Positions 42,925 to 55,677 of a stretch of 64,000 nucleotides of DNA are shown here, piece after piece. The DNA lies in the NCBI GenBank assembly GCA_030390025.1, contig CM059425.1, positions 175,028,001-175,092,000 of the forward strand. The letters are read 5' to 3'. The position numbers and the translations under genes were made by a program. The notes beneath the pieces were generated by a model. The model made no database searches and had not been told where the DNA came from. It worked only from the letters and a program-made list of their open reading frames with translations. The DNA is from Squalus acanthias. Taxonomy: Eukaryota. The first letter of the stretch is position 1. Every line of letters starts with the position of its first letter.

Positions 42925-43576
42925 CATAGAAACATAAACATAGAAGATAGGAGCAGGAGTAGGCCATTCGGCCCCTCAAGCCTGCTCCGCCATTCGATGA
43001 GATCGTGGCTGATCATCCAAACTCAGTAACCTGTCCCTGCCTTCTCCCCATATCCCTTGATACCTTTAGCCTTAAGAAATATATCTAACTCCTTCTTGAA
43101 TATATTTACTGACTTGGCCTCAACTGCCTTCTGTGGTAGAGAATTCCACAGGTTCACCACTCTCTGGGTGAAGAAATTCCTCGTCATTTCTGTCCTAAAT
43201 GGCTTACCCCTTATCTTTAGACTGTGACCTCTTGTTCTGGACTCACCCGCCATCGGGAACATCCTTCCTGCATCCAGTCTGTCTAGCCCTGTTAGAATTT
43301 TATAAGTTTCAATGAGATCTCCTCTCATTCTTCTAAACTCCAGCGAGTATAAGCCCAATCGACCCAATCTCTCCTCGTACGTCATTCCTGCCATCCCAGG
43401 TATCAGTCTGGTGAATCTTCGCTGCACACCCTCCATGGCAAGAACATCCTTCCTCAGATAAGGCGACCAAAACTGCACACAATACTCAAGGTGTGGTCTC
43501 ACCAAGGCCCTGTACAGCTGCAGTAAGACACCCTTGTTCCTGTACTCAAACCCTCTCGCTACGAAGGCCAACATAC
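42925..43576 (-). mobile_element. CR1 3' fragment (little diverged)
   Basis: Open 183-aa ORF2 C-terminus LVRPHLEYCVQFWSP...WNSLP; repeat tail. Confidence 0.9.
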
Positions 43577-44107
43577 TGAAGTGGTAACAGAAACATTTTC
43601 ACTTAGAAAATGTGCAGGTCATCTTTAATTGTGAGCAGCAACCCTTTAAAATCTGCTAACCTGCCAGAAATCCCAATGTGCATTCCCAATACCCTCCCTA
43701 TGCATCAGCCAATCTATGCAGGAAGCATATAGAAATGAGTTAAATATGTTGACCATGCAAAATGATACAAGGTTAGCTTGTATGTTACTTGCATGCCATT
43801 TGCACAATATGCAGCGATTTTAGAGGCTGACTCAGGATTCTAGAACATATGTAGCAAAACATGTGTTACAAAATAAACTCAAAGAATTAAGCCCATATTC
43901 AGGCTCTCAGTAACTTTTATGCTCATTTATTACCATGTGGTAAATTAGAGTCCATGCATTAAAGCTGCTTTGAACAATATTGATACCAGTTTGCAAATTC
44001 CAAAAGAGTTGGGTTGGTAGATCAAATAGCCTTTTGTTGTTCCATTCTTATTTTCTCCTGCTGGCAGAGCAGAGATTGGATACCCACTAGTTATGAAATT
44101 GAAAGAA

Positions 44108-45372
44108 TTATAGGGCAGTTAGCCTAACATCTGTTTTTGAGAAATTATTAGGGTCTATAATTAAGGGTAGAGTGGCTGAACACCTTGAAAAATGTCAGCT
44201 GCTCAGATAGAGCCGGCATGGATTTGTAAAGGGTAGGTCATGTCTGATGAACCTGATTGAATTTTTTGAAGAGGTGACTGAAGTAATGGACAGGGGAATG
44301 TCTATAGATGTTATTTATTTGGACTTCCAGAAGGCATTTGATAAAGTCCCTCATAAGAGACTGTTAGCTAACGTTGAAACTCATGGAATCGAAGGCAAAT
44401 TATTGACCTGGTTAGGAAATTGTCTGAGCGGCAGGAGACAGAGAGTAGGGATAATGGGCAGGTACTCTAATTCACAAGATGTGACAAGTGGTGTCCCACG
44501 TGGATCTGTTTTGGGGCCTCAACTATTCACCGTATTTATTATCGACTTAGATAATGGGATAGAAAGCCACATATTCAAGTTTGCCGATGACACAAAGATA
44601 AGTGGCATTGTAAGCAGTTTAGATGGAAGCATAAAATCATAAAGAGATATTAATAGATGAAGCAAATGGGCAAAACTGTGGTAAATCGATTTCAATGTAG
44701 GCAAATGTGAGGTCATCCACTTTGGACCTAAAAAGGATAGAACAGGGTACTTTCTAAATGGTCCAAAGAGACTTGGGGATCCATTTACATAGATCATTAA
44801 AATGTAATGGATAGATACAGAAAATAATCAAAATGGCTAATGGAATATTGGCCTTTATATCTAGAGGACTAGAATACAAGGGGGTAGAAGTTATGCCGCA
44901 GCTATACAAAACCCTGGTTAGACCACAACTAGAGTACTGTGAACAGTTCTGGGCACCACACCTTAGGAAGGATATATTGGCCTTGGAGGGAGTGCAGCAT
45001 AGATTTACCAGAATGATACCTGGACTCCAGGGGTTAAATTACGAGGAGAGATTACACAAACTGGGGTTGTATTCCCTGGAATTTAGAAGGTTAAGGGATG
45101 ATTTGATCGAAGTTTTTAAGATAGTAAGGGGAATGGATAGGGTAGAGAGAGAGAAACTATTTCCACTAGTTGGGGAGTCTAGGACTAGGGGGCATAGTCT
45201 AAAAATTAGAGCCAGACCTTTCAGACATGAAGTTAGGAAACACTTCTACACACAAAGGGTATTAAGGGATATGGGGCAAAGGCGGGTATATGGAGTTAGG
45301 TCACAGATTAGCCATGATCCCACTAAATGGCAGAACAAGCACGCTAAATGCCTACTCCTGTTCCTATGTTCC
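44108..45372 (+). mobile_element. CR1 3' fragment
   Basis: YLDFQKAFDKVPH, GVPRGSVLGP, FADD, LVRPQLEY. Confidence 0.88.
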
Positions 45373-45773
45373 TTTGAGTGCAGTCCCATTGCATTGGAAT
45401 GCAATGAGGGTAGTCCACCAGGTAGTCAGCTTAGGCTGTTCTAAAGTATTCATTAAAAATGCCGGATATCCCAAATTACAACCAACTGCCATTAATTATA
45501 GCATAGAATAGACTAAAATAATGTATTAAGATTCAGTTGAGGTAAGATTTTTTGAAATAATTTAGCGTATTGACGATTTACTGGTGAACAGACATTTAAA
45601 AACTTACATTTTAAATTTCTGCCAGCAAGGGTATAACAAAGACTGTGGGTGGTAGTGGATTTATGTGACAATTACGTTACGGCTCACTCTGTGGAAAATC
45701 CATCTCAATTACCTTTAGGGCACATGGATGAATTTTCCTAAATTTTGTCTGAATTAAGTTCAACAGATTTTAT

Positions 45774-45870
45774 GGGGGTGAAATTAAATGGGAAGGAACA
45801 TCGGGTGGGGTGTACGATGGGCTGCCGATTCGCTACTGCTTGTTTTGCACCCCCGTTGAATTTCACCCCC
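45774..45870. mobile_element. 97-bp Harbinger-type mini-MITE
   Basis: TIRs GGGGGTGAAATT / AATTTCACCCCC; flanks TAT/TAG; a similar decayed element at ~14783-14865. Confidence 0.6.
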
Positions 45871-46779
45871 TAGGTGTCTAGTCAAACTTTTGGCTAATAC
45901 TGCTCTATACTGATTGTTCTACAAGTGCTTACCTAACCAGGGCAGAGAAATCATTTTCTAAAACATTTTATGCAGTTACATGTTATGTAGACATTCAGGA
46001 AACTTCCAAATTATTACACAGCATTGAACCACACATTACATGATAAATAGTTCTTTCTATTTTCACAGTAATAAACCACAAAAATCTAAATGTTAGCTGT
46101 ATTTAAATGGTAATGTTTGCTGAGTTCCTTATTTTGGTGAGATTGTTGATTTCAAAATCAAGTATATTGTGGAATAAAAGTGGAACATTTTGGAAATAGA
46201 CAGTGAGTGTCAGTGGGCTATTCCACACAAGGGACATCAGAGCAAGCTCACATACATCATTTGCAAACCACCTTTCAGCAGATGTTGCTGGCAGCCATAT
46301 TTTCCTTTTTGTGAATAAAAATCTAATGGCTCTGTTTTAATATATATTAACAGATTTAAATGAAAATGGGGACTCCATGTGATTTTGCTGTGGATGTGCT
46401 TGTGCGATACTAATTTAATAGCAGGAAGGAAACAAGCCAGTTGCATCGCATTTGTAAAAAAGTGCTTCTTTATTCTGTACAGTTTTGGAAACCCCATTAC
46501 AGAAGGGATATTAAAGCAATGCAAAAGGTACAGTGTAGATTCACTAGGATATTACCAGGTTTTTTTTGCAGGGGATGGTGGGGTGTGGGGGGTGGGGAGG
46601 GGGGGGGGTGGCGGGGGTCGCTGGGGGGGAAGAGAGAGATTTACACTTAAGAGAAGAGATCTGTGAAGTTAGGGATGTTTTGCTCAGAAGGTTAAAAAGC
46701 GACCTGAAAGAAATCTTCAAGATTATGAAGAATTTCATAAGATAAGAAGTGATAGATTGTTTCCACTGGTTGGTAAGAT

Positions 46780-48638
46780 GGCAACTGATGGGGTAGTAAT
46801 TGGTCGGAATGGATTTGTCCGGCTTTTTGTGGACAGGGCATACCTGGGCAGTTTTCCACATTGGCGGGTAAATGCTAGTGTTGTAGCTGTACTGGAACAG
46901 CTTGGCTAGAGGCGCGGCTAGTTCTGGGGCACAAGTCTTCAGCACGACAGCCAGGATGTTGTCGGGGCCCATAGCCTTTGCTGTATCCAGTGCGCTCAGC
47001 CGTTTCTTGATAGCACGTGGAGTGAAGCGAATTGGCTGAAGACTGGCTTCTGTGATGGTGAGGACCTCAGGAGTAGGCCGATATGTATCATCCACTCATC
47101 ACATCTGGCTGAAAATGGTTGCAAATGCTTCAGCCTTGTCTTTTGCACTCACGTGCTGGCCTGTGCCATCATTGAGGATGGGGATATTCATGGAGCCTCC
47201 TCCTCCCGTTAGTTCTTTAATTGTCCACCACTATTCGCAACTGGATGTGGCAGGACGGCAGAGCTTTGATCTGATCCGTTGATTGTGGGTTGCTTAGCTC
47301 TGTCTGTAGCATGCTGCTTCCGCTGTTTAGCATGCATGTAGTCCTGTGTTGCAGCTTCCCCAGGTTGGCATCTCATTTTTAGATACGCCTGGTGCTGCTC
47401 CTGGCATGCTCTTCGGCACTCCTCAGTGAACCAGGGTTGGTCCTCTGGCTTGATGGTACTGGTAGAGTGAGGGATATGCCGGGCCATGAGGTTACAGATT
47501 GTGGTGGAATACAATTCTGCTGCTGCTGATGGCCCACAGCACCTCATGGATGCCCAGTTTTAAGCTGTTAGATCTGTTTTGAATCTATCCCATTTAGCAT
47601 GGTGGTAGTGCCACACAACATGATGGAGGGTTTCCTCAGTGTGAAGACAGGACTTCGTCTCTACAAAGACTGTGCGGTGGTCACTGCTACCAATGCTGTC
47701 ATGGACAGATGCATCTGCGACAGGTAGATCGGTGAGGACAAGGTCAAGTAGGTTTTACCATCGTGTTGGTTCTCTCACCACCTGCCGCAGGCCCAGTCTG
47801 GCAACTATGTTCTTCTGGACTCGGCCAGCTCGATCAGTAGTGGTGCTACCGAGCCACTGTTGGTGATGAACATTGAAGTTCCCCACCCAGAGTACATTCT
47901 GTGCCTTTGCTACCCTCAGTGCTTCTTCCAAGTCGTGTTCAACATGGAGGAGTACTGATTCATCAGCTGAGGGAGGTTGGAAGGTCGTAATCAGCAGGAG
48001 ATTTCCTTGCTCAAGCTTGACCTGAAGCCATGAGACTTCATGGGGTCCGGAGTCAATGTTGAGGACTCCCAGGGCCATTTCATCCCAACTGTGCCGCCAC
48101 CTCTGGTGGGTCTCTCCTGCCGGCGGAACAGGACATACCCAGGGATGATGATGGAGGAGTCTGGGACATTGGCAGAAAGGTATGATTCTGTGAGTATGAC
48201 TATGTCAGGCTGTTGCTTGACTAGTCTGTGGGACAGCTCTCCCAATTTTGGCACAAGTTCCCAGATGTTAGTGAGGAGGACTTTGCAGGGTCGACTGGGC
48301 TGGATGTGCCATTGTCGTGCCCGAAGCCGGTGTCTAGGTCGATGCCGGGTGGTCCGTCCAGTTTTATTCTTATTACTGTTTCTCATAATGGTTTGTTACA
48401 ACTGAGTGTCTTGCTAGGACATTTCAGAGGGCAGTTAAGAATCAACCACATTGCTGTGGCTCTGGAGTCACATATAGGCCAGAGGAGGTAAGGACGGCAG
48501 ATTTCCTTCCCTAAAGGACATTAATGAACCAGATGAGTTTTTACGACAATCCAATAGTTTCATGGTCACCATTACTGATACTAACTTTTTATTCCAGATT
48601 TATTTAATTAACTGAATTTAAATTCCCGAGCTGCCATG
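46780..48638 (-). mobile_element. 5' half of an RTE-X-like LINE (leader, APE endonuclease, start of RT)
   Basis: KVLLTNIW...DIVILTESYL...PGY...RGGG, WVGNFNVHH, KAMGPDNI; no separate ORF1 seen. Confidence 0.8.
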
Positions 48639-48639
48639 G

Positions 48640-49310
48640 CTTCCCCAGTCTCTCCACATAACTGAAGTCTCTCACCCCTAGTACCATTCTAGTAAATCTC
48701 TTATGCACCTTCTCTAAAGCCTTGATGTCCTTCCTAAAGTGTGGTGCCCAGAATTGAACACAGTTCATCAGCTGAGGCCTAACCAGTGTTTTATAAAGGT
48801 TTAGCATAACTTCCTTGCTTTTGTACTCTATTCCTCTATTAATAAAGCCAAGGAGCCCATATGCTTTTTTAACAGCCTTCTCAACTTGTCCTGCCACCTT
48901 CAAAGATTTGTGAACATACACCCCCAGGTCTCTCCGTTGCTGCACCCACTTTAAAATTGTATCATTTATTTCATACTGCTTCTTCTCATTCTTCCTACTG
49001 AAATGTATCACTTCTCTGCATTAATTTTCATCTGCCATGTGTCTGCCCATTTCACCAGTCAGTCTGTGTCCTTTTGAAGTCTGTTACTATCCTCCTCATT
49101 GTTTACTACATTTCCGAGTTTTGTGTCATCTGCAAACTTTGAAATTATGCCCTATATACCCAAGTCCAGGTCATTAATTTATATCAAAATGTTTAGTGGT
49201 CCCAATACCGACCCCTGGGGAACAGTACTGTATACTTCCCTCCAGTCTGAAAAACAACCGTTCACCACTGTCCCTGCTTTCTGCTTTCTGTCCCTTAGCC
49301 AATTTCATTA
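48640..49310 (-). mobile_element. CR1 RT/C-terminal fragment, followed by L2 3' fragments (~49312-49550, ~49660-49920)
   Basis: FADD, DLGVYVH, LYKTLVRPQL; L2 tail motifs. Confidence 0.8.
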
Positions 49311-49995
49311 ACCAACTTGTATTTATATAACACCTTTAACATAGTAAAATGTCCCAAGGCACTTCACAGGAGTGTTATCAAATAAAATTTAACACCCAGC
49401 TACCTAAGGAGATATTAGGGCAGATGACCAAAGAGGTAGGTTTTAAGGAACATCTTAAAGGAGGAAAGTGAGATAGAGAGGTGGAGAGGTTTAGGGAGGG
49501 AATCGCAGAGCTTAGGGCCTTGGCATCTGAAGGCACGGCCGCCAATTGTGGTCCACGGGCTTTAATTTTGCTAACAAGTCTATATTTGGTATGCCTTTTG
49601 AAAGTCCATATTCACAACATCAACCGTACTACCCTCATCAACCCTCTCTGTTACTTTGATGTAGTAAAATGTCCCAAGGTGTCACAAGAGTGTAATCAGA
49701 CAAAATTGACACTGAGCTCAAGAAGGAGATATTGAGTCAAAGAGGTAAGTTTTAAGGAGCGTTTTAAAGGAGGAGAGAGAGTTGGAGGCACGGAGAGATT
49801 TCGGGAGGGAATACCAGAGCTTGGGGCATGGATGGCTGAAGGCACGGCTGCCAATGGTGGGGCAAAGGAAGCCGGGGATGCACAGGAGGCCACAGTTGGA
49901 GGAACACAGAATACCTGGAGTGTAAAACAGGCTGCCAATTCGCTATCACCTGTTTTACACTATTGCAACATCACGATCTACGTCAATTAGTCTAC

Positions 49996-52900
49996 AACAC
50001 AGTATTCCAGCTGTGGCCTAACTAGCGTTTTGTACAGCTCCATCATAACCTCCCTGCTCTTATATTCTATGCCTCGGCGAATGAAGGCAAGTATCCCATA
50101 TGCCTTTTTAACCACCTTATCTACCTGTCCTGCTGCCTTCAGGGATCTATGTATGTGCACACCAAGGTCCCTCTGATCCTCTGTCCTTCCTAGGGTCCTA
50201 CCATTGATTCTGTATTCCCTTGCCTTGTTAGTCCTCCCAAAATGCATCACCTCACACTTTTCAGGGTTAAATTCCATTTGCCACTGTTCTGCCCATCTGA
50301 CCATCCCGTCTATATCGTCCTGTAGCCTGAGGCTTCCCTCCTCGCTATTTACCACTCCACCAATTTTTGTGTCATCTGCGAACTTACTGATCATACCTCC
50401 TACATTCATATCTAAATCATTAATGTACACTACAAACAGCAAAGGACCCAGCACCGATCCCTGCAGTAAACCACTGGACACAGGCTTCCAGTCACAAAAA
50501 CAACCTTCGACTATCACCCTCTGCCTCCTGCCACTAAGCCAATTTTGGATCCAATGTGCCAAATTGCCCTGGATCCCATGGGCTCTTACCTTCTTGACCA
50601 GTCTCCCATGTGGGACTTTGTCAAAAGCCTTACTGAAGTCCATATAGACTACATCAACTGCACTACCCTCATCCACACACCTAGTCACCCCCTCGAAAAA
50701 TTCAATCATATTGGTCAGACATGATCTCCCCCTGACAAAGCCATGCTGACTATCCCTGATTAATCCCTACCTCTCCAAGTGAAGACTAATTCTGTTCCTC
50801 AGAATTTTTTCCAATAATTTCCCTACCACTGATGTTAGGCTCACTGGCCTGTAATTCCCTGGTTTATCCCAACTACCCTTCTTGAACAATGATACTATGT
50901 TAGCTGTTCTCCAGTCCTCTGGCACCTCCCCTGTGGCCAGAGAGGTTCTGAAAATTTGTGTCAGAGCCCCTGCAATCTCCTCCCTTGCCTCACATAGCAG
51001 CCTGGGATACATCTTGTCAGGGCCTGGGGATTTATCCACTTTTAAGCCCGCTAAAACCGTTAGTACCTCCTCCCTCTCAATACTAATTTGTTCAAGTATA
51101 TCACAATCCCTCTGCCTGATTTCTATGCCTACATCTTCCTTCTCCATAGTGAACACAGACGCAAAATATTCATTTAAAACCTCACCCACATCTTCCGGCT
51201 CTACACACAGATTGCCACTTTGGTTCCTAATGGGCCCTACTCTTTCCCTGGTTATCCTCTTGCCCTTAATATACTTATAAAACACCTTGGGATTTTCCTT
51301 TATTTTGCCCCCCGGTGTTTTTTCATGCCCCCTCTTCGCTCTCCTAATTTCATTTTTAAGTACCCCCCTGCACTTTCTATACTCCTCTAGGGCTTCTACT
51401 GTTTTTAGTCCTTTGTATCTGCCAAAAGCCTCCCTTTTTTTCTTAATCCCTCCTTACAGCAGTAATTGACTCCTTGATTAATTTTGTGACACCCCCTCCT
51501 CTTTTACACCCCCCTCTGTCTCGCCTGAAGATTCTATACCCCGGAATATTGAGCTGCCAGTCCTGCTCTCCCTCAACCATGTCTCTGTGATAGCAACAAT
51601 ATCATACTCCCATGTGTTCATCAACACCTTCAATTCATCTGCCTTACTTGCAAGACTCCTTGCATTAAAATAAATGCCATCCACCCTTGCCATACTCCCT
51701 TGTGCCGTTACATATTTGCTCTGCCTTCCAGGCTGACTTGTTTTTTCCTCTATATTTGGCTGTGCATCACCCCCTACTATAGCTCCACTCCGTATCCCAC
51801 CCCCCTGCCAAGTTAGTTTAAACCCCCCCCTCCAACAGTAGTAGGAAACCTCCCCGCAAGGATGTTGGTTCCGTTCCGGTTCAGATGCAACCTGTCCGAC
51901 TTGTACAGGTCCCGCCTTCCCCAGAAGCAGACCCAGTGATCCAGGAAACTAAAGCCCTCCCTCCTGCACCAACTCTTTAGCCACGCATTCATCTGCTCTA
52001 TCCTCCTATTCCTATACTCACTAGCACGTGGTACCGGGAGTAATCCAGAGATTACAACCTTTGAGGTCCTGCTTTTTAATCTGCTACCTAGCTCCCTAAA
52101 TTCTTGTTGCAGGACCTCATCCCTCTTTCTACCTATGTCATTGGTACCAATGTGAACCATGACCTCTGACTGTTCGCCCTCCCCCTTCAGAATGCCCTGC
52201 AGCCATTCAGTGACATCCTTGACCCTGGCACCAGGGAGGCAACATACTATCCTGGAGTCACGTCTGCGGCCACAGAAACGTCTATCTGTTCCCCTTACGA
52301 TAGAATCCCCTATCACTATTGCTCTCCCACTCTTTTTCCTCCCCTCCTGTGCAGCTGAGCCACTCGTAGTGCCACGGGCTTGGCTCTTGCTGCATTCCCC
52401 TGAGAAACCATCTCCCCCAGCAGTATCCAAAACGGAAAATCTGTTGGAGAGGGAGATGGACCCAGGGGACTCCTGCACTACCTTCCTAATTCTTTTACTC
52501 TGTCTGGCGGTCACTCATTTCCTGTCTGCCTGTGCACTCTTTACCTGCGGTGTGACCACCTCATTAAACGTACTAAGCACGAAGATCTCAGCTTCGCGGA
52601 TGCTTCACAGTGTCTCCAGCCGCAGCTCCAGCTCCGAAACGCGGATTTCGAGTAGCTGCAGCTGGAGACACTTCCTGCACATGTGTTCGCCCTGGACACC
52701 GAAAATGTCCCTGACTTCCCACATAGCACAGGAGGAGCACTCCACGCAGCCAAGCTGCCCTGCCATGGCCTACCCTTAATTTACTCCCTTTACTTCCTTT
52801 AAATTAAAGAATATTAAATACACTAGGGACTTTACTTCCCTTTAAACACTACTTACTCTAAACTAGAGACCTTACTTTGACTTTAACGACTGGACTGTAG

Positions 52901-53275
52901 AAATACTCACCAGGTCCTACTTACCAATCAGCTCCTTCCCTGGTTGTGACGTCACTTTAGCAGTTGTTGTTGTTTGACTGCTCCCGCTCTCGGACTCTTT
53001 CCTTGGTGTAAAGTAAGAACCAATTTCTACAGGGTGAAAAGTTAGGAAAAACAAAGGCGAAGCAAGGGAACTCCTCCTTCCACTCCTCACCTGACTCCCT
53101 GACTCACCCAACTTGCAGCACTCTGTTGAAATCGCACTCAGTGCAAAATCGCACTTCAAAGCCTGTTTTTATAGGCCCTGAAACAAAGGAGCTTGCTGGG
53201 TTCTGCTACAGGAGAACCAGTTTAATCTAGTTTCCCTAATTAACTGCCTTCAGCTGCTCTGAATTGTAGGCCGTG
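49996..53275 (-). mobile_element. CR1 LINE copy B (same family as copy A), 3'-truncated, ~660-bp internal deletion, intron-containing 5' UTR
   Basis: High identity to 31900-35670; ORF1 esterase 51813-52514; RT 49987-51285; TATA-like CCTATAAAAA near 53170 on the minus strand. Confidence 0.9.
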
Positions 53276-53279
53276 TACT

Positions 53280-53492
53280 CTTTTGAGTAAACATAAACTA
53301 CTGTAAATTAACATAACTTCAAATAAAACTTTAAATAAACATTAAATAAAAATCACGTTGTCCGGGGAGATGATGCACTCCAGTCCCTGCGGCGCCCACC
53401 GGTCTCGGAAGGCTTCAAGTGTGCCGGCAGACACCGTGTGCTCCATCTCCAGGGCCACTCGGGCGCGAACATAGCCGCGGAAGAGAGGCAGG
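53280..53492 (-). mobile_element. Tx1/L1-type LINE 3' end, interrupted by the ERV
   Basis: Minus-strand LPLFRGYVRARVALEMEHTVSAGTLEAFRDRWAPQGLECIISPDNVIFI* (stop 53342-53344), followed by a T-rich 3' UTR. Confidence 0.7.
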
Positions 53493-54013
53493 TGTGGAAG
53501 TGCAGTTTTTGTCTCGGACAAAATAGTTTCCTTGAATTTAAACGAATAAAATGGCCGACTCTGACTTGTGTGGAAAAGGGAAAAAATTCATTGTTATGTT
53601 CTTTTCTGAAAATAACTTTAAAGTCTTAGACTATGCTGTCAGCAAAAGACTGCCTGCACAAAAGAAAACAGGCTTAATATTGAGATAACCAAGGGCTAGT
53701 AAAGTAAACAAACCAGGCGCCTTGGCCTTGGTGAGAGAAGTAAAATAGATAGACTCCATTTTATAGAGATTAGCTAGTCTCATTGTAAGGCATTTCTAAT
53801 GTGTTTTTTCTAATTGTTAGCTTAGCTTACCTTAAACAACATGTCATGTGATATTATACTGTATAAGAATACTCCATTTTCTGTGATTCGGCAGTCTGTC
53901 ATCATAGCTAATTGGGCTATGGTTGCAGTCTCCTTGCAAGTAAAATATAATAAAAAGCCTTCTTTGACGATATTGTTTACAAGAGTCTTTAATCGGAAGT
54001 CGAAACTTCGACA
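53493..54013 (+). repeat. ERV 5' LTR (521 bp)
   Basis: TG...CA with terminal inverted repeat TGTGGAAGT / ACTTCGACA; AATAAA near 53950; first 136 bp repeated at 62244. Confidence 0.9.
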
Positions 54014-54019
54014 GTTTCT

Positions 54020-54037
54020 TGGAGGTTCCACCGAGAT
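54020..54037 (+). promoter_or_regulatory. Primer binding site, tRNA-Gln
   Basis: TGGAGGTTCCACCGAGAT is complementary to the 3' 18 nt of vertebrate tRNA-Gln; lies 6 nt after the LTR. Confidence 0.88.
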
Positions 54038-55677
54038 CGCTTGCTATCTTTCGGTAAGTCACGGACAAGGCATCATGAATTTCTAGTGACAAATCCTATG
54101 GCCACAGTGATTTTTTATCATAAAAAAAAAGGGATTTCTCATTAGATCCTGAATGATGTATGTCTGTTTCTTCCGACAGGTACACTGCGATTGTTAAGAC
54201 TTTTGTTTAAATTTGAGTTGAATCTTGTAGCTTTTGATTTAGACAAATTGGAAAAAAAAAGGGAAGGAAATTTAAAAAAAAAACTGTCGGGCAAAGAAGG
54301 CAAGGGAAAAAGTCGACAGGGTTGTATCCCGGATTAAAACTGCAGTCTCAAGGGTGGGTCCCTTGCCCTTGAGCAGCGAAAGCTGCAGTATAAAAGGTAC
54401 CAGGAAATAAAACTGCAGTATCAAGGGTGGGGCCCTTGAGCCGTGAAGAGATAACTGAAAATTGACTATCAAAAAAAAAAATCAGTAAATGACTATTGAG
54501 AATCTCACGGCAGAGTATAGAGTATAAGTTAAATGTTAAGGACTCAGTTTGTAATGAAGAACAATGCAAAACTGAGAATTGACTATTTGTTTAGTTTAAA
54601 GTATAAGGTTAAATGTTTAATTATTTGATTTGTTTGCCTATTTGGGCTTTTTTTGCATTACTTATAATTGTCTTGATTGTTGTTAGTTCTTATTATCATC
54701 TTGTAATAGAATTGGATGGTCAGAAATAATCGTAAGGGGGTAAAGGGTAAAACTTGCGATTTAGAAGAAGAAGAGTGCCTAGTATAATTAAAACTTTACT
54801 AAGAATAGAAGAATTACATGTCTAGAGGACTGTCTCGCAAATAGAGACCCACAAAAAAAAGTCAGTAAATTGGTCAGCCTTTTCAGACTGGAAAAAGGAA
54901 GCAGAAAGGCGTAAGGACCGTAGTATACAAGCCAGTAGATCTGACATTAAAAATAAGAGAAAAGACCCCGTGAGTAAATTGGCTAAACAAAATGAAGTTA
55001 GATAAATAGGGACCAAAAGAATAAAGTTTCCCTCTTAATGGAGCAAGCAGCTTCCGCAACACCGACGGACCAGAATTGAAATCTGAAACTCAAAGCAAAA
55101 AAAAAAAGAAGGGTTTTGGAAAGCCAGGAAAAGCTGCTGAGAAAAGTTTTACCAGCATGGAAGTTATTAATGTCTGTGCCGAGATAAAAGCTAATATACA
55201 AGATTTGTTGAGTGAAAGGAATCTTAAAAGGAATACTGGGATCTCAGTTGTGTGAAAGTGTGAGTGAAAAGTGTAAAAGATTCCTGATTGCGTGAATGTT
55301 TAAGTTTGTTAAGTTACAGTATTATTTTGTCCCTGAGAAAAAAAAATCTGCCTAAAAAAAAAGGTGTCTGCCATTTTGTTTATGTTTTAGCTCCACCCAC
55401 TCTTTTGTACAGAGAGCTAAAAGCTGTTTTTAACTCTTTGAAGACTTGTCTTGAATGATACTCAAGTGTGTTGTTTTAAGTTTGTTAATTGTTTTACAAA
55501 AGAGGTATAAGCTTCAGCCTTGAAGTCACAGTTGCCAATGTGCCTGGAAAGAAAATTAATTTGAATGTTTACAAGGCATGGTAATTGTTTCTTTGTTAAT
55601 GTGACTATGGTTTCTTTTCCAACTGACACTGGTTAGTTTTTTTTTTAAAAATTGATCTGGATTGAATTGGAATTATT

